DNA of 64,000 nucleotides from a virus. Shown piece after piece: positions 52,921 through 62,698 of the stretch (within the stretch, counting starts at the first letter, position 1; each line of letters opens with the position of its first letter). The notes beneath the pieces are model-generated. The model was not told where the DNA came from. It worked only from the letters and a program-made list of their open reading frames with translations, and searched no databases. The stretch is from the IMG/VR virus record IMGVR_UViG_3300045988_176633, one strand, 5' to 3'. Made by a program: the position numbers and the translations under genes.

Positions 52921-55900
52921 TTATTTATAGTATAATTCAATAATACCTTGTCCTCCATTTCCTCCGTTTCCACCTTTATATGAAGAATTGTAAACTCTTC
53001 CACCTCCTCCTCCACCAGCTCCATACTCTCCTAGACCACCGTTTCCACCATCGCTAGTAGTGCTGCTACCATTTCCACCATTTCCACCTTTACCAAAGGA
53101 TCCACCTCCACCACCTCCTCCTGAAGAATTACTTCCACTTGTTCCACTTCCACCTGTTCCACCATCACCTTTTGAAGGTAAAAGAATATCTGGAATGACT
53201 GTATAAGTACTAGTTCCAAATCCACTTCCACCTGTTCCGTAATTTCCACCATCAATTGTTGATCTATTGGTATAACCAGAACCACCATCTCCTCCTGTAC
53301 CATTTCCTCTATTTAAATTTCCTCCTTCACTAACACCACCTTTACCTCCTCCTGTTGTATGCGCTAGACCTTTACCACCTATCGCTCCTTGAATACTACC
53401 AGCATTTACACGGTTATTTCTAGCACCTCCTCCTCCACCACCTCCCCAATCGGGTGTAGATGATTCTTGATAAGAACCACCACCACCACCTCCTCCTCCA
53501 CAACCCTTATTATTGTTAGAAGGGTTAACACTACCACCATCTCCTCCGTCTCCCCTACTTTCATTGTTTAATTGAGAAGCACCGTATCCCCAACGACCTG
53601 AATATGCTTGATGTACTACATCTTCAATAGTAACAATACTCTCGTAACCATCATTACCAGTATAACCTTGAGTAGTCGTACTACCTCCTGCACCTCCTGC
53701 ACCTGCATTACCAACTACGAGTTTTAAATTTGATATACTTGTTGTATGATCTTTTATATAAACAATTCCACCTCCTCCGCCTCCACCTCCTGCTGCAATA
53801 TTGTTTCCACCTCCTCCGCCTCCACCTCCTGCTGCAATAAGAAAATCAACATTTGTATATCCTGGTTCTATTTGTTGATTAATTTCTGCACCCAATGGAG
53901 TCGTGATCTGTACAAGTTTAGCTGCCTTCTGGAGAGTGATTGAGGTGTTGATTGAATCATTCGACCCAGACATCGTCACAGTTCCAGTCTTAGTCACATA
54001 TCCAGCCGCACTCACTGAATAGCTTAACGTTCCTGCTGCAATTCCAGCTTTTGAAGCTGCTCCACTTGAATTTGTCGTTAAAGTCCCCGTTGCTATTCCA
54101 GTTAACGTTATTTTTGCTCCTGAAATAGGACCGTTAGCGTCAGAAATAGTAAATTGTGCTGTATATAAAGCAGTTAAAGCGATATTGATAGTTGATGTAC
54201 TTGAAATTGTATACGATTGACTAAACGCTTTCCAATATGTACCTGCATCAATTGCTATTGTATGACTTCCGTAAAGTACATTTGACATTGTGATGTTACC
54301 AGAAGAATTTGTCGTACCTTTTGATGTACCATCCAATTTCACTGTGACACCATTTCTATTAACACCCGCTCTTTTAACATTCACAACAAATGTATAATAT
54401 CTCAAAAGAGCATAAGTTGCACTCTGACTATGAGAACTTCGACTTACAGTTACACTACCAGTCGTATCTTTGTAACCAGATTTTGAAATCGTGTAAGTGT
54501 AAGAACCTGGTTTCACATTTGGAATTGTAGCAACTCCACTTGAATCTGTCGTACCTGTAAAAGTACCTAAACTTGAGTTGACAAGTTTAACAGTTGCACT
54601 ACCGACATTTGCACCAGACGTTGTATTTTCTTTAACTGTCGCTGTAAATGTAACCAAATACTGTAAACTTGCATTTACAGTTTGATTACTCAAACCAACT
54701 GTAACATTACCCGACCAAGTTTGATATCCACTTAATTCAACAGTGCAAGCATAAGCTGCTGACTGTGATTGCATTGTTACAGCTAATTGACCACTTGAAT
54801 TTGTCGTACCCTTTGATGTACCAGCAACTTTCACTGTCGCTCCAGAAAGAGCTGTACCAGCGTCATCTTTAGCGATAAATGTAACTGTTACTTGACTGGT
54901 TAAAGTAATTTGTTGATTAACGTTTGTACCATTAACTGTTACACTTCCTGATTTAGCTTGATAAGGTGATTTAGCAGCACTACTCCAATTGTACGTACCA
55001 TCTATTACATTAGAGAAAATCGCCTGACCACTTGCATTTGTAGTTACAGTTTGATTATTCATAGTAACTGAAATACCAGAAAGAGCTGTACCAGCATAAT
55101 TAACAAAAGTCAAAGTAACCGTACTATACTTCTCTAAAGTAACATTGATCGTCTGATTTGCATTGACAATGTTAAATGAACCAGAAGCTGATCTATATCC
55201 ACTTAAAGAAGCAGTCCAAGAAACGGCACCATTTAAAGTTGCATCGTTTTTAGCACTAGCAGCTAAAATCCATTGACCGCTGGAATTTGTCGTTCCATTT
55301 GCAGTAGAAGTTCCACCAATAGTTTTAACATTACTAATACTAACAGAAGCCCCGTTTAAATTCGTTGTCTTGTACTTAACATTAAAAGTAACACCCCAAT
55401 ATTTGTAGTTCTGCATTTGTACTTGAACCGTTTTATCCGCAGAACTTACTGTTGTGCTTCCAGGTTGTTGTTTGTATCCACTAGCATCTGTTGTGTAAGT
55501 ATAATTTCCATTAGGGACATCAACTGAAATATTTCCATTAGAATCTGTCGTACCAGATTTGACTGTCGTACCAGAACTATTCTTGATAACAACAGTAGCT
55601 CCACTTAAATTTGCCACACCATTTTTAACATTTAAAGTTAATAACCCTCCATGAACCATAGTTAAGTTCACATACGAAGTTTCATCCTCTTTAACATTGA
55701 CAGTACCAGTTATCGTTTGATAACTTACAAGACTTACTTTGTAAGTATGATTCCCTGCTGACAGCGAAACGTTGACTTGTCCATCAACACCTGTTTGATA
55801 GTTGGTAACGTTATCGATCAAAATATTAGCACCTTGTAAAGGATCAGTTCCATCTGTAACTGTAAAGACAGCTCTTTTGCCTCGTTTCAATGAAATAGCT

Positions 55901-58900
55901 ACTGTCTTATTTGCATTAGCAATAGTATCGTCTCCTTCACCTGTTGAATAATCTGAGAAAGACGCTCCCCAATGAAACGAACCGTTTATCGCTTGAACCT
56001 GAGGTGTACGTCCTGCGTCATTTGTCGTTAATTCAATCGACGATTGACCAGCAGGAAGAACAATAGCTTCACCACTTACAACAACTTTGGCTCCTGATAA
56101 GATCGTCCCTTGTTCTCCTGTAACTGTAAAATCTAATAAATAAATCCTATCAATTTGAACATTGATCGTATCAATGCCTGTAACAGTTATTTGAGTTGTC
56201 GTACTGATGTAATTCTGTTTTGTGATAGAAACTTCAAAATCACCTTTTGGAAGTTGTAAAACTGCTTCACCACTTGCATTTGTTAAAACTGATTGACCCT
56301 TTGCCGATACAACAGCATCTTGAACTAAAGCAGGTGTTGGAGTTGTTTTATCTCTTACCACAAATGTGATCGGATAAGTAACTGGATCTAAAGAAACTTG
56401 TACACTTGTATCTGAATTACTTACCGTTACAGAACCTGTCTTTGTTTGAAATTCTGTTGCAGATATCTCATATTGATGTATACCATTTACCAAACCAATC
56501 ACCGCAATACCACCAGCATTAGTCTCTACCGTTATTCCTTCAACTGTTATCGAAGCACCTTCAACTGGAACACCTTCACTCGTAACAGAAAAGATAACGT
56601 TCCAAGGTCTCAATACCATTGGTACATCTACAGATACATTGGAATTATTAACAACTAAAGTTCTATCAACATCTACATAACCAATTTTAGTCACTGTATA
56701 GTCATAAGAACCATTGATTAACGTCAACTTCACTAAACCATCTTGACCTGTTGAATATTGTTGACCATTTATATTGATAACTGCTCCTTGAATAGGAGTG
56801 TTTCCGTCTTTGACAGAGAAAGTTATCGACCAGGGATAATCAACCATTTTAGCGACAACGCTAACATCGTTATCTTTCACCAGAACAGATCCTGAAAAGT
56901 CATAATAACCCAATTTTTCAACCTTATAAGGATAGGTCCCATTTTGCAAACCAATTTGCACTTTACCACCTTCATCGGTTACAAGTACTTGATCTGAAAT
57001 AGATACTAAAGCATCTTGAATGGGGTTGTTCTTAGAATCGACAACAGTTATGAAAACATCGTAATGTCTGAAATCTAACTGATAGACGAAATCAGCGTCT
57101 GATGTATCAATGTTAAAATTAATCGTTAAATCGTCATAAATTGGATTTGTGATTGTACCAGTATATTCACCATTTGTCAATCTAAAAACAACTAATCCAT
57201 TGCTATTGGTACGAGCAACTAATCCATTGTTCAACGTTATTAACGCATCTGGAATCACTTTACCAGAAACAAGTTCAATGACCTTAATAGTAACATTATA
57301 CTTGTAAAGATCCATTTCGATAGTTCTTGTTTCATCTTGATTTAAAACCACAATAAGAGCTTGTGTATCTACATATCCTGGTTTACTAAATTTAGCAAGA
57401 TAACTTCCATTGATCAAACTAACTTGAACCTTACCATCGTCATCTGTCACATAACTATCACTACCTATCTCAACTAAAACACCTGAAATAAAATTCTCAG
57501 AATTGAGACCTTTTACGAAAATTGTTTGTACCCATTTATGATAATATAAAGTAACTGGTACATAAACATCTGAATTATCAACAACGACAGAACTTCCTTC
57601 ATTAGAATCAAAACCTAATTTTTCAACTGTATAAGGATAGGTCCCATTTTTCACCAACACTGTTGCTTCACCGTTGACATTAGTTGTTAAAGTTTGATTA
57701 GCAATAGAAATGGTTGCGTCTACAACTGGTACACCAAATTGATCTTCAACCATGAAACTAACCTGAAATGGAGCTAATTCTAATACAATACCAATGTAAA
57801 CCGGCGCATTCAATACAACAAATTGTCCTTGTTGTTGTTTATACTTTTCTTTACTAGCAGTATAAATGTAATTACCATTTACCAAAGAAATAGTCGCTAA
57901 ACCATCTTCATCTATGATAACAGATCCACTACCAACAGAGATTCTCACACCCGACAACGGATTACCATCTTCATCTGTGATAGTAAAATAAACTGGTTGT
58001 CTAAGTGCTAATGCACTATCATTTAAACCTTGAAATAAATCCTCTTGTCCTGCAGGATAAAACATAGGAGAGAGTTCACTTCCAGCATCGTATAAAACAA
58101 TACCTTCAAGATTTCTCATTACGAATCCTTTAATTCTAGGAAGTTGATTAGGTGGAACTTCTTGGTCGTAATATGGAAAGAAATATTCGTCAGGAACATA
58201 TTTGACACCTTCAGCATTCTTCACGATACCAAGTAGATCATCCCATTGAACGATCTTACCTGCTTCCCAGAATCGAAAGTCGAGATATTTTGTCAAAGCT
58301 ACCTGAATATTTTTTCTTACTGTAGCTACATCGTAAGAAGGATCAATTTCTATTCGAAAATCCATCCCACGCTCACTACCAATAAAAAACCATTCAGCAT
58401 TCTTTAATTGAATCCCAACAACGTTTCCTTCGAGGTTTAATTCAAAAAGTCCAAAATAACTTTTAGATTTCTCTAATAAAGTCTCTAATTCATCCTGTGT
58501 GAATAAAATTCCATTTTGACTTACTAGATAAAGATAAAAGATTCCATCTTCTCCCAACCCAACATTTAATACTTTCAAAATACGATCATCGATATTTTGG
58601 AATATTTGAGTATAATATTCCAACGTTCCTTTAGAAAGTGTGTTGAGGTTAGTCATGATCCTAATACGAAAAGTCTCATCATCTTCACTATCTCTACCAC
58701 CTGTAGCCATGTATTCATTAGTGCATTCAATATGACCACTAGGAGCAGGAGTGACGTTGATAATACTATTTGCATCGACATTTGTAACCAATCCTTGGTT
58801 AACACTTCTGACACTTACATATGCATAACCAGATCTACCAACTGTAACAGATTCATTTACAGAGAAACGAATACCGTTTTGATTTACAAAGAAATTAGTT

Positions 58901-59214
58901 TCATTGTAAATAGTTCCCGGGTCTGCATAAACTCTCACATAAGTAGATGAACCAAGAGCACCTTTTCTTGGACTAACCCCAAAAAGTGCCGCTGATTTAT
59001 CGAGATATTCTCCTGTAGCTGTTTCTGGGAATATCTTTGCTTCTGTGATAGCAATATCTTTGATCGCTTTTTGTGCGACTTTTGCAGTACCAAAAGCCAC
59101 AGCATTTAAGACTGAACCATCAGCTACATTCGTAACTTTATTGGTCTTGTCTAAAAACAGCTCGATCCAAAGATTTTTAAGCGTCGAAATTGTATTACTA
59201 ACTTGCGTTATCAT
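52921..59214 (-). CDS. baseplate J-like protein fused to a long repeat stalk and a Gly-rich C-terminal domain (2097 aa)
   Basis: The N-terminal ~390 aa show the Baseplate_J pattern (...ATGEYLDKSAALFGVSPRKGA...NEYMATGGRDSEDDETFRIRI). About 15-18 CarboxypepD_reg-like modules follow, then a C-terminal 324 aa with poly-Gly GGxGG repeats. Confidence 0.75.
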   Translation of the reverse strand: MITQVSNTISTLKNLWIELFLDKTNKVTNVADGSVLNAVAFGTAKVAQKAIKDIAITEAKIFPETATGEYLDKSAALFGVSPRKGALGSSTYVRVYADPGTIYNETNFFVNQNGIRFSVNESVTVGRSGYAYVSVRSVNQGLVTNVDANSIINVTPAPSGHIECTNEYMATGGRDSEDDETFRIRIMTNLNTLSKGTLEYYTQIFQNIDDRILKVLNVGLGEDGIFYLYLVSQNGILFTQDELETLLEKSKSYFGLFELNLEGNVVGIQLKNAEWFFIGSERGMDFRIEIDPSYDVATVRKNIQVALTKYLDFRFWEAGKIVQWDDLLGIVKNAEGVKYVPDEYFFPYYDQEVPPNQLPRIKGFVMRNLEGIVLYDAGSELSPMFYPAGQEDLFQGLNDSALALRQPVYFTITDEDGNPLSGVRISVGSGSVIIDEDGLATISLVNGNYIYTASKEKYKQQQGQFVVLNAPVYIGIVLELAPFQVSFMVEDQFGVPVVDATISIANQTLTTNVNGEATVLVKNGTYPYTVEKLGFDSNEGSSVVVDNSDVYVPVTLYYHKWVQTIFVKGLNSENFISGVLVEIGSDSYVTDDDGKVQVSLINGSYLAKFSKPGYVDTQALIVVLNQDETRTIEMDLYKYNVTIKVIELVSGKVIPDALITLNNGLVARTNSNGLVVFRLTNGEYTGTITNPIYDDLTINFNIDTSDADFVYQLDFRHYDVFITVVDSKNNPIQDALVSISDQVLVTDEGGKVQIGLQNGTYPYKVEKLGYYDFSGSVLVKDNDVSVVAKMVDYPWSITFSVKDGNTPIQGAVININGQQYSTGQDGLVKLTLINGSYDYTVTKIGYVDVDRTLVVNNSNVSVDVPMVLRPWNVIFSVTSEGVPVEGASITVEGITVETNAGGIAVIGLVNGIHQYEISATEFQTKTGSVTVSNSDTSVQVSLDPVTYPITFVVRDKTTPTPALVQDAVVSAKGQSVLTNASGEAVLQLPKGDFEVSITKQNYISTTTQITVTGIDTINVQIDRIYLLDFTVTGEQGTILSGAKVVVSGEAIVLPAGQSSIELTTNDAGRTPQVQAINGSFHWGASFSDYSTGEGDDTIANANKTVAISLKRGKRAVFTVTDGTDPLQGANILIDNVTNYQTGVDGQVNVSLSAGNHTYKVSLVSYQTITGTVNVKEDETSYVNLTMVHGGLLTLNVKNGVANLSGATVVIKNSSGTTVKSGTTDSNGNISVDVPNGNYTYTTDASGYKQQPGSTTVSSADKTVQVQMQNYKYWGVTFNVKYKTTNLNGASVSISNVKTIGGTSTANGTTNSSGQWILAASAKNDATLNGAVSWTASLSGYRSASGSFNIVNANQTINVTLEKYSTVTLTFVNYAGTALSGISVTMNNQTVTTNASGQAIFSNVIDGTYNWSSAAKSPYQAKSGSVTVNGTNVNQQITLTSQVTVTFIAKDDAGTALSGATVKVAGTSKGTTNSSGQLAVTMQSQSAAYACTVELSGYQTWSGNVTVGLSNQTVNASLQYLVTFTATVKENTTSGANVGSATVKLVNSSLGTFTGTTDSSGVATIPNVKPGSYTYTISKSGYKDTTGSVTVSRSSHSQSATYALLRYYTFVVNVKRAGVNRNGVTVKLDGTSKGTTNSSGNITMSNVLYGSHTIAIDAGTYWKAFSQSYTISSTSTINIALTALYTAQFTISDANGPISGAKITLTGIATGTLTTNSSGAASKAGIAAGTLSYSVSAAGYVTKTGTVTMSGSNDSINTSITLQKAAKLVQITTPLGAEINQQIEPGYTNVDFLIAAGGGGGGGGNNIAAGGGGGGGGIVYIKDHTTSISNLKLVVGNAGAGGAGGSTTTQGYTGNDGYESIVTIEDVVHQAYSGRWGYGASQLNNESRGDGGDGGSVNPSNNNKGCGGGGGGGGSYQESSTPDWGGGGGGGARNNRVNAGSIQGAIGGKGLAHTTGGGKGGVSEGGNLNRGNGTGGDGGSGYTNRSTIDGGNYGTGGSGFGTSTYTVIPDILLPSKGDGGTGGSGTSGSNSSGGGGGGGSFGKGGNGGNGSSTTSDGGNGGLGEYGAGGGGGGRVYNSSYKGGNGGNGGQGIIELYYK
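53766..53839 (-). repeat. tandem 35-nt duplication (period 39 nt) encoding IAAGGGGGGGGN twice
   Basis: ttccacctcctccgcctccacctcctgctgcaata occurs at 53766..53800 and again at 53805..53839. Confidence 0.85.
53896..53949. repeat. inverted repeat, right copy (54 bp, perfect)
   Basis: Reverse complement of 52002..52055. Lies inside the 2097-aa ORF in the same codon phase as the left copy. Confidence 0.95.
53950..57996 (-). repeat. array of about 15-18 protein-level CarboxypepD_reg/Big-like repeats within the 2097-aa gene
   Basis: The repeating pattern V.F.V.D..g.Pi.gA.V.i.g...tTd..G.a.i.L.nG.Y.Y.v.k.GY was read from the translation. Confidence 0.6.
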
Positions 59215-60007
59215 ATATTAAAAATGATTTAATCCCTTCAATTCGCTCAAGCCAATTTTCGGGAAGTTTATCTCGTTTTTCTAAATTATCTTTGGCCCAT
59301 AAAGGTTGTAAATTTCTGAAATTGAAACAAATACGTTGTTGATTAGGATCTGAAAGATCAAAAGAGGCACAAGGAACAATATGATCAACGTGCCATTCAC
59401 CGTAATTATCCCAACTCATTCCTTCAACAAACTGATTCTCAAGGTGTTTCTTGAGATCCTCAAGAGAGCAACCGATATATTTAATTGTGTGGTGTAATTT
59501 ACGATTTTCTTTTAAAACTCTATACAATCTATTTCGTAAATTTAACTTCAAAATAAAATTAATATCTCGTTCTCTTCTTTTTTCTTTTGAATATTGCAAA
59601 ACATATTTACTGATTTTCTCTTTATTCTTTCGCTGATATTCTTTGTGATATTCTTTTAAATACTCTTGATTTTTTAAATTCCAATTCTTTATTCGAATAA
59701 ACTGAGCCTCTCTGTTGTTTTTATAATATTCTTTGTGTTGTTTTCTTAATCTTTCTTTATTGTTTAAATAATAAAGATGCGACCTTTCTCTCTGTTTATC
59801 TTTATTATTTAAACGTCTCTCCTGTGATTTGACTATAATTTTAACTCTATTCTTCTGATAATAAGAATCACTACTTTCTTTATAACAATCCTTACAACGA
59901 AGACTCAAACCATCAGATTTACACTTACATTTATAAAAGTTATCGAGAGGGAGTTCTCGTTTACAACGAGAACAAACTTTTAGACCGGTTTCAAAATTCG
60001 CTTTCAT
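59198..60007 (-). CDS. free-standing HNH homing endonuclease-like protein inside the baseplate module
   Basis: N-terminal CSRCKRELP...CKDC, basic repeats (YY.KN...), and C-terminal EWHVDHIVPCASF...NLQPLWAKDNLEKRDK. Confidence 0.65.
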   Translation of the reverse strand: MKANFETGLKVCSRCKRELPLDNFYKCKCKSDGLSLRCKDCYKESSDSYYQKNRVKIIVKSQERRLNNKDKQRERSHLYYLNNKERLRKQHKEYYKNNREAQFIRIKNWNLKNQEYLKEYHKEYQRKNKEKISKYVLQYSKEKRRERDINFILKLNLRNRLYRVLKENRKLHHTIKYIGCSLEDLKKHLENQFVEGMSWDNYGEWHVDHIVPCASFDLSDPNQQRICFNFRNLQPLWAKDNLEKRDKLPENWLERIEGIKSFLIYDNAS

Positions 60008-60010
60008 AAA

Positions 60011-60919
60011 TTAAATAGGAATGTTGATAATATAACTATTTGCACTAATAGTCGTTGCTCTTATAGATAAAAAGACCGAATCTTGATCTCTCTTTAAATC
60101 CAAGAGCTCAACTGTTTTCCATCTACTATCTCTTTGAAACATATTCATAAGTCCCTTGAAAATAGTAGCATATTGAATGGCGTTCACCGTTGTTCCAATA
60201 AATTCATTGGTTATTCCATAATCTTCAAATTCTGGGTAAGAACCTTTTAAAGAACTTTGAATCAATTCTAAGGCTTGTACCATTGCTTGATCATATTCAA
60301 TCACCTTTAAATCATCGTTTTCAAAGGTAAATGATTTATCTAAATCAACACCAAGAATACTTTTCCCATTTAATACATCAACAACATTATCAACGTAATT
60401 TAACCCCACATTCTGAAGATTAACTGAAAATATAGGAGAAGAAGAATTTGTATACAATTCTTCTGTGATGTATTGAGGTACTGTTATATTTACCCAATCG
60501 TCTTGAGGAGTTATTGCATCGAGATTTGCTGATACATCTTCAAAAGTTTCATCAGATTGAAGTATCTTTTCAACTTTGATCGTGTTAGTTCGAACATAAT
60601 CAAACACACTTCTCATCCATTTAGCTGAACTCCTTATCGTCAAAATCTTTGTTTGAATCTCTGTGAAAGTGTCTAATAATTCCCAGGCATCGAGATCATT
60701 TAAAGAATTTTTGTGCAAAGTAAAAAGAGGTTCTATTTTATTAACCTCTTTAGTTAAACGATCTAAAGCATAGAACGATTCTTGTCTTATACTACCACCT
60801 TGATAGTAATCGACAATATAAGGATATTCTGTTGATACAAAATCAACAAAACTCTGAAAAAATGATTTTATATCATATCCAGTTATATTCTCAAATTTTT
60901 CATACATCGTCTCATTCAT
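60011..60919 (-). CDS. baseplate-module protein (function assigned by position only)
   Basis: 302-aa ORF immediately upstream (in transcription) of the baseplate-J gene. No motif recognised. Confidence 0.4.
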   Translation of the reverse strand: MNETMYEKFENITGYDIKSFFQSFVDFVSTEYPYIVDYYQGGSIRQESFYALDRLTKEVNKIEPLFTLHKNSLNDLDAWELLDTFTEIQTKILTIRSSAKWMRSVFDYVRTNTIKVEKILQSDETFEDVSANLDAITPQDDWVNITVPQYITEELYTNSSSPIFSVNLQNVGLNYVDNVVDVLNGKSILGVDLDKSFTFENDDLKVIEYDQAMVQALELIQSSLKGSYPEFEDYGITNEFIGTTVNAIQYATIFKGLMNMFQRDSRWKTVELLDLKRDQDSVFLSIRATTISANSYIINIPI

Positions 60920-61677
60920 AATATTCCTGCAACATATGAAGCTAAATCATTTACACTTTTCTGAATGGTAGAACTAGCTAATTTTTTAACCATCGAACTT
61001 GACCCTGGTGAATTCTTTACAGCTTCTAAAGGAGCTATCACAGTCATATTGATATTATATTCCCAGATCATATTCTTTTGAATATTCATCGAAAACTCAG
61101 CCCCAGATGGAGGTATTGTCACTAAATAATTCTCACCAAAAGCCATATTGTAGAAATACAATCGAAATGGTTTCCCATCATTGTCTACTCCATTACTCTT
61201 TGAAATGATAGCTTTCAATATCCTACTAGCACCGAATCCAGTTTTTACTGAAATATCAAAGTCTGGAGTCTTTAGATTAGAAGATTTTTTCGATCCTATT
61301 TGATACAGATCGTACATACCATTCCTTATGCTAAATGCTACTCCAGATACAGATTCGTTTTCAGATAATAAGATCTTAAAATTTTTCCCAAAATTTCCCC
61401 TGATGTTAATTTCACTTGGAGAATAAATAGGAGAAGTTAATGTCGTGATTCCACCTGCAGTATTCCTAACAGTACTTCGTTTTAATTCAGATTTTCTAAT
61501 GCTGTCTGGCATTATAGGAAAAGTGAAGAAATCAATTGTCCTTCCTTGAGAATCTGTTAACTCTAAAGAACATAAATATATCTCAAAATCGTTAGGATAT
61601 AATGTTGCCAAAGCCGCTCTTCCAAGCGTCCCTACCATCTCAATCGCTTTCTTCTGAATAGTACTTACACTGCTCAT
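60916..61677 (-). CDS. baseplate-module protein (function assigned by position only)
   Basis: 253-aa ORF with a 4-nt overlap on the next gene. Confidence 0.4.
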   Translation of the reverse strand: MSSVSTIQKKAIEMVGTLGRAALATLYPNDFEIYLCSLELTDSQGRTIDFFTFPIMPDSIRKSELKRSTVRNTAGGITTLTSPIYSPSEINIRGNFGKNFKILLSENESVSGVAFSIRNGMYDLYQIGSKKSSNLKTPDFDISVKTGFGASRILKAIISKSNGVDNDGKPFRLYFYNMAFGENYLVTIPPSGAEFSMNIQKNMIWEYNINMTVIAPLEAVKNSPGSSSMVKKLASSTIQKSVNDLASYVAGIL

Positions 61678-61714
61678 AAGTTATATATTTGAATGTAAAT
61701 ATAAGATTTATTCT

Positions 61715-62698
61715 TCAATCTAAAAAACCTATTTGACTTTTTATTGGATTGAAGTCAATTTTCACGATTCCAGATAACGAACCATATGCAGTCGTCATCG
61801 CTGTCCTACCGCCATCCATATTAACTGCTGCTGCAGCACCTGTAGCAAATGCTTGGACTATTTGACTGATTTGAGTTTGAAGTTGATCTATACGAAGAAT
61901 CAAATCTTCTGCTTTTACCATAGATTGACCTCCATTATTTATATTAACTTTTTTATCGGTCTTTAACAAGATGTTTTCAAGATCAATCTTGATTTCTTTA
62001 TTACCACCCTCAGTCTTAATATCTACACCATTTTGATCAAGAACAATAGTCGTATCTTCTTTCGTACTTTGACATTTCCTCGTTAATAGAGCCTTTTCTT
62101 TGTCAAAATAAATCTGATAAACATCGTTTTTATTTTCAACGTCTTTTATTTGTACACTCGCTTCTTTGTAACTTGTAGCATTAATAGACTTATCCGCACT
62201 TACATTAACCGATCCTGAAGAAACTATATTTAATTCATTTTCTTCCGAACCAACACATTTCAGAAAAACTTTACCAGCTTTTGAACTAGTCAGATTAATT
62301 ACCAAAGAATTGTCTTTAGGATTGGCTTGTATCAAGACTTCAGAATCTCCCATAACCTTTCTCACTTGATACATATTTTCTTTCAACATAGAAGAACTGT
62401 TGTCACCTTGTAATACACCAACAACAATTGGTTTATTGTTAAAAGTGCAAGAAATAAAACAAACACAACTACCTTTTTCTTCTATGTTGCTTGGAAAACT
62501 AATTCTCTGCAAAGCATCACTCGTTATATAACAATCGTTAAAAACACCACCTAAATCAGTTATCACTGTCACTCTTTCCCTACGAAAACAAGTATCGATA
62601 TAATTATCACGATCAACACCAGAAGGTATAGCTATATAACCATATCCCACTGAATATGGGGAATCACTTTGTCTTTCTCTACTTACACCGTCAATCAT
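61715..62698 (-). CDS. possible baseplate hub/central spike protein
   Basis: N-terminal OB-like segment ending PIVVGVLQG. It is followed by a beta-rich repetitive segment and an Ala-rich helix. Positioned upstream of the wedge genes. Weak call. Confidence 0.35.
   Translation of the reverse strand: MIDGVSRERQSDSPYSVGYGYIAIPSGVDRDNYIDTCFRRERVTVITDLGGVFNDCYITSDALQRISFPSNIEEKGSCVCFISCTFNNKPIVVGVLQGDNSSSMLKENMYQVRKVMGDSEVLIQANPKDNSLVINLTSSKAGKVFLKCVGSEENELNIVSSGSVNVSADKSINATSYKEASVQIKDVENKNDVYQIYFDKEKALLTRKCQSTKEDTTIVLDQNGVDIKTEGGNKEIKIDLENILLKTDKKVNINNGGQSMVKAEDLILRIDQLQTQISQIVQAFATGAAAAVNMDGGRTAMTTAYGSLSGIVKIDFNPIKSQIGFLD

Noticed and set aside
52471-53303. Track ORFs 52471..52653(+), 52833..53024(-) and 53031..53303(-) with V/E/Q/M-rich repetitive translations
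   Set aside because: These are alternative frames of the Gly-rich coding repeats. Low complexity is created by frame-shifted GGN repeats and they overlap much better-supported ORFs.
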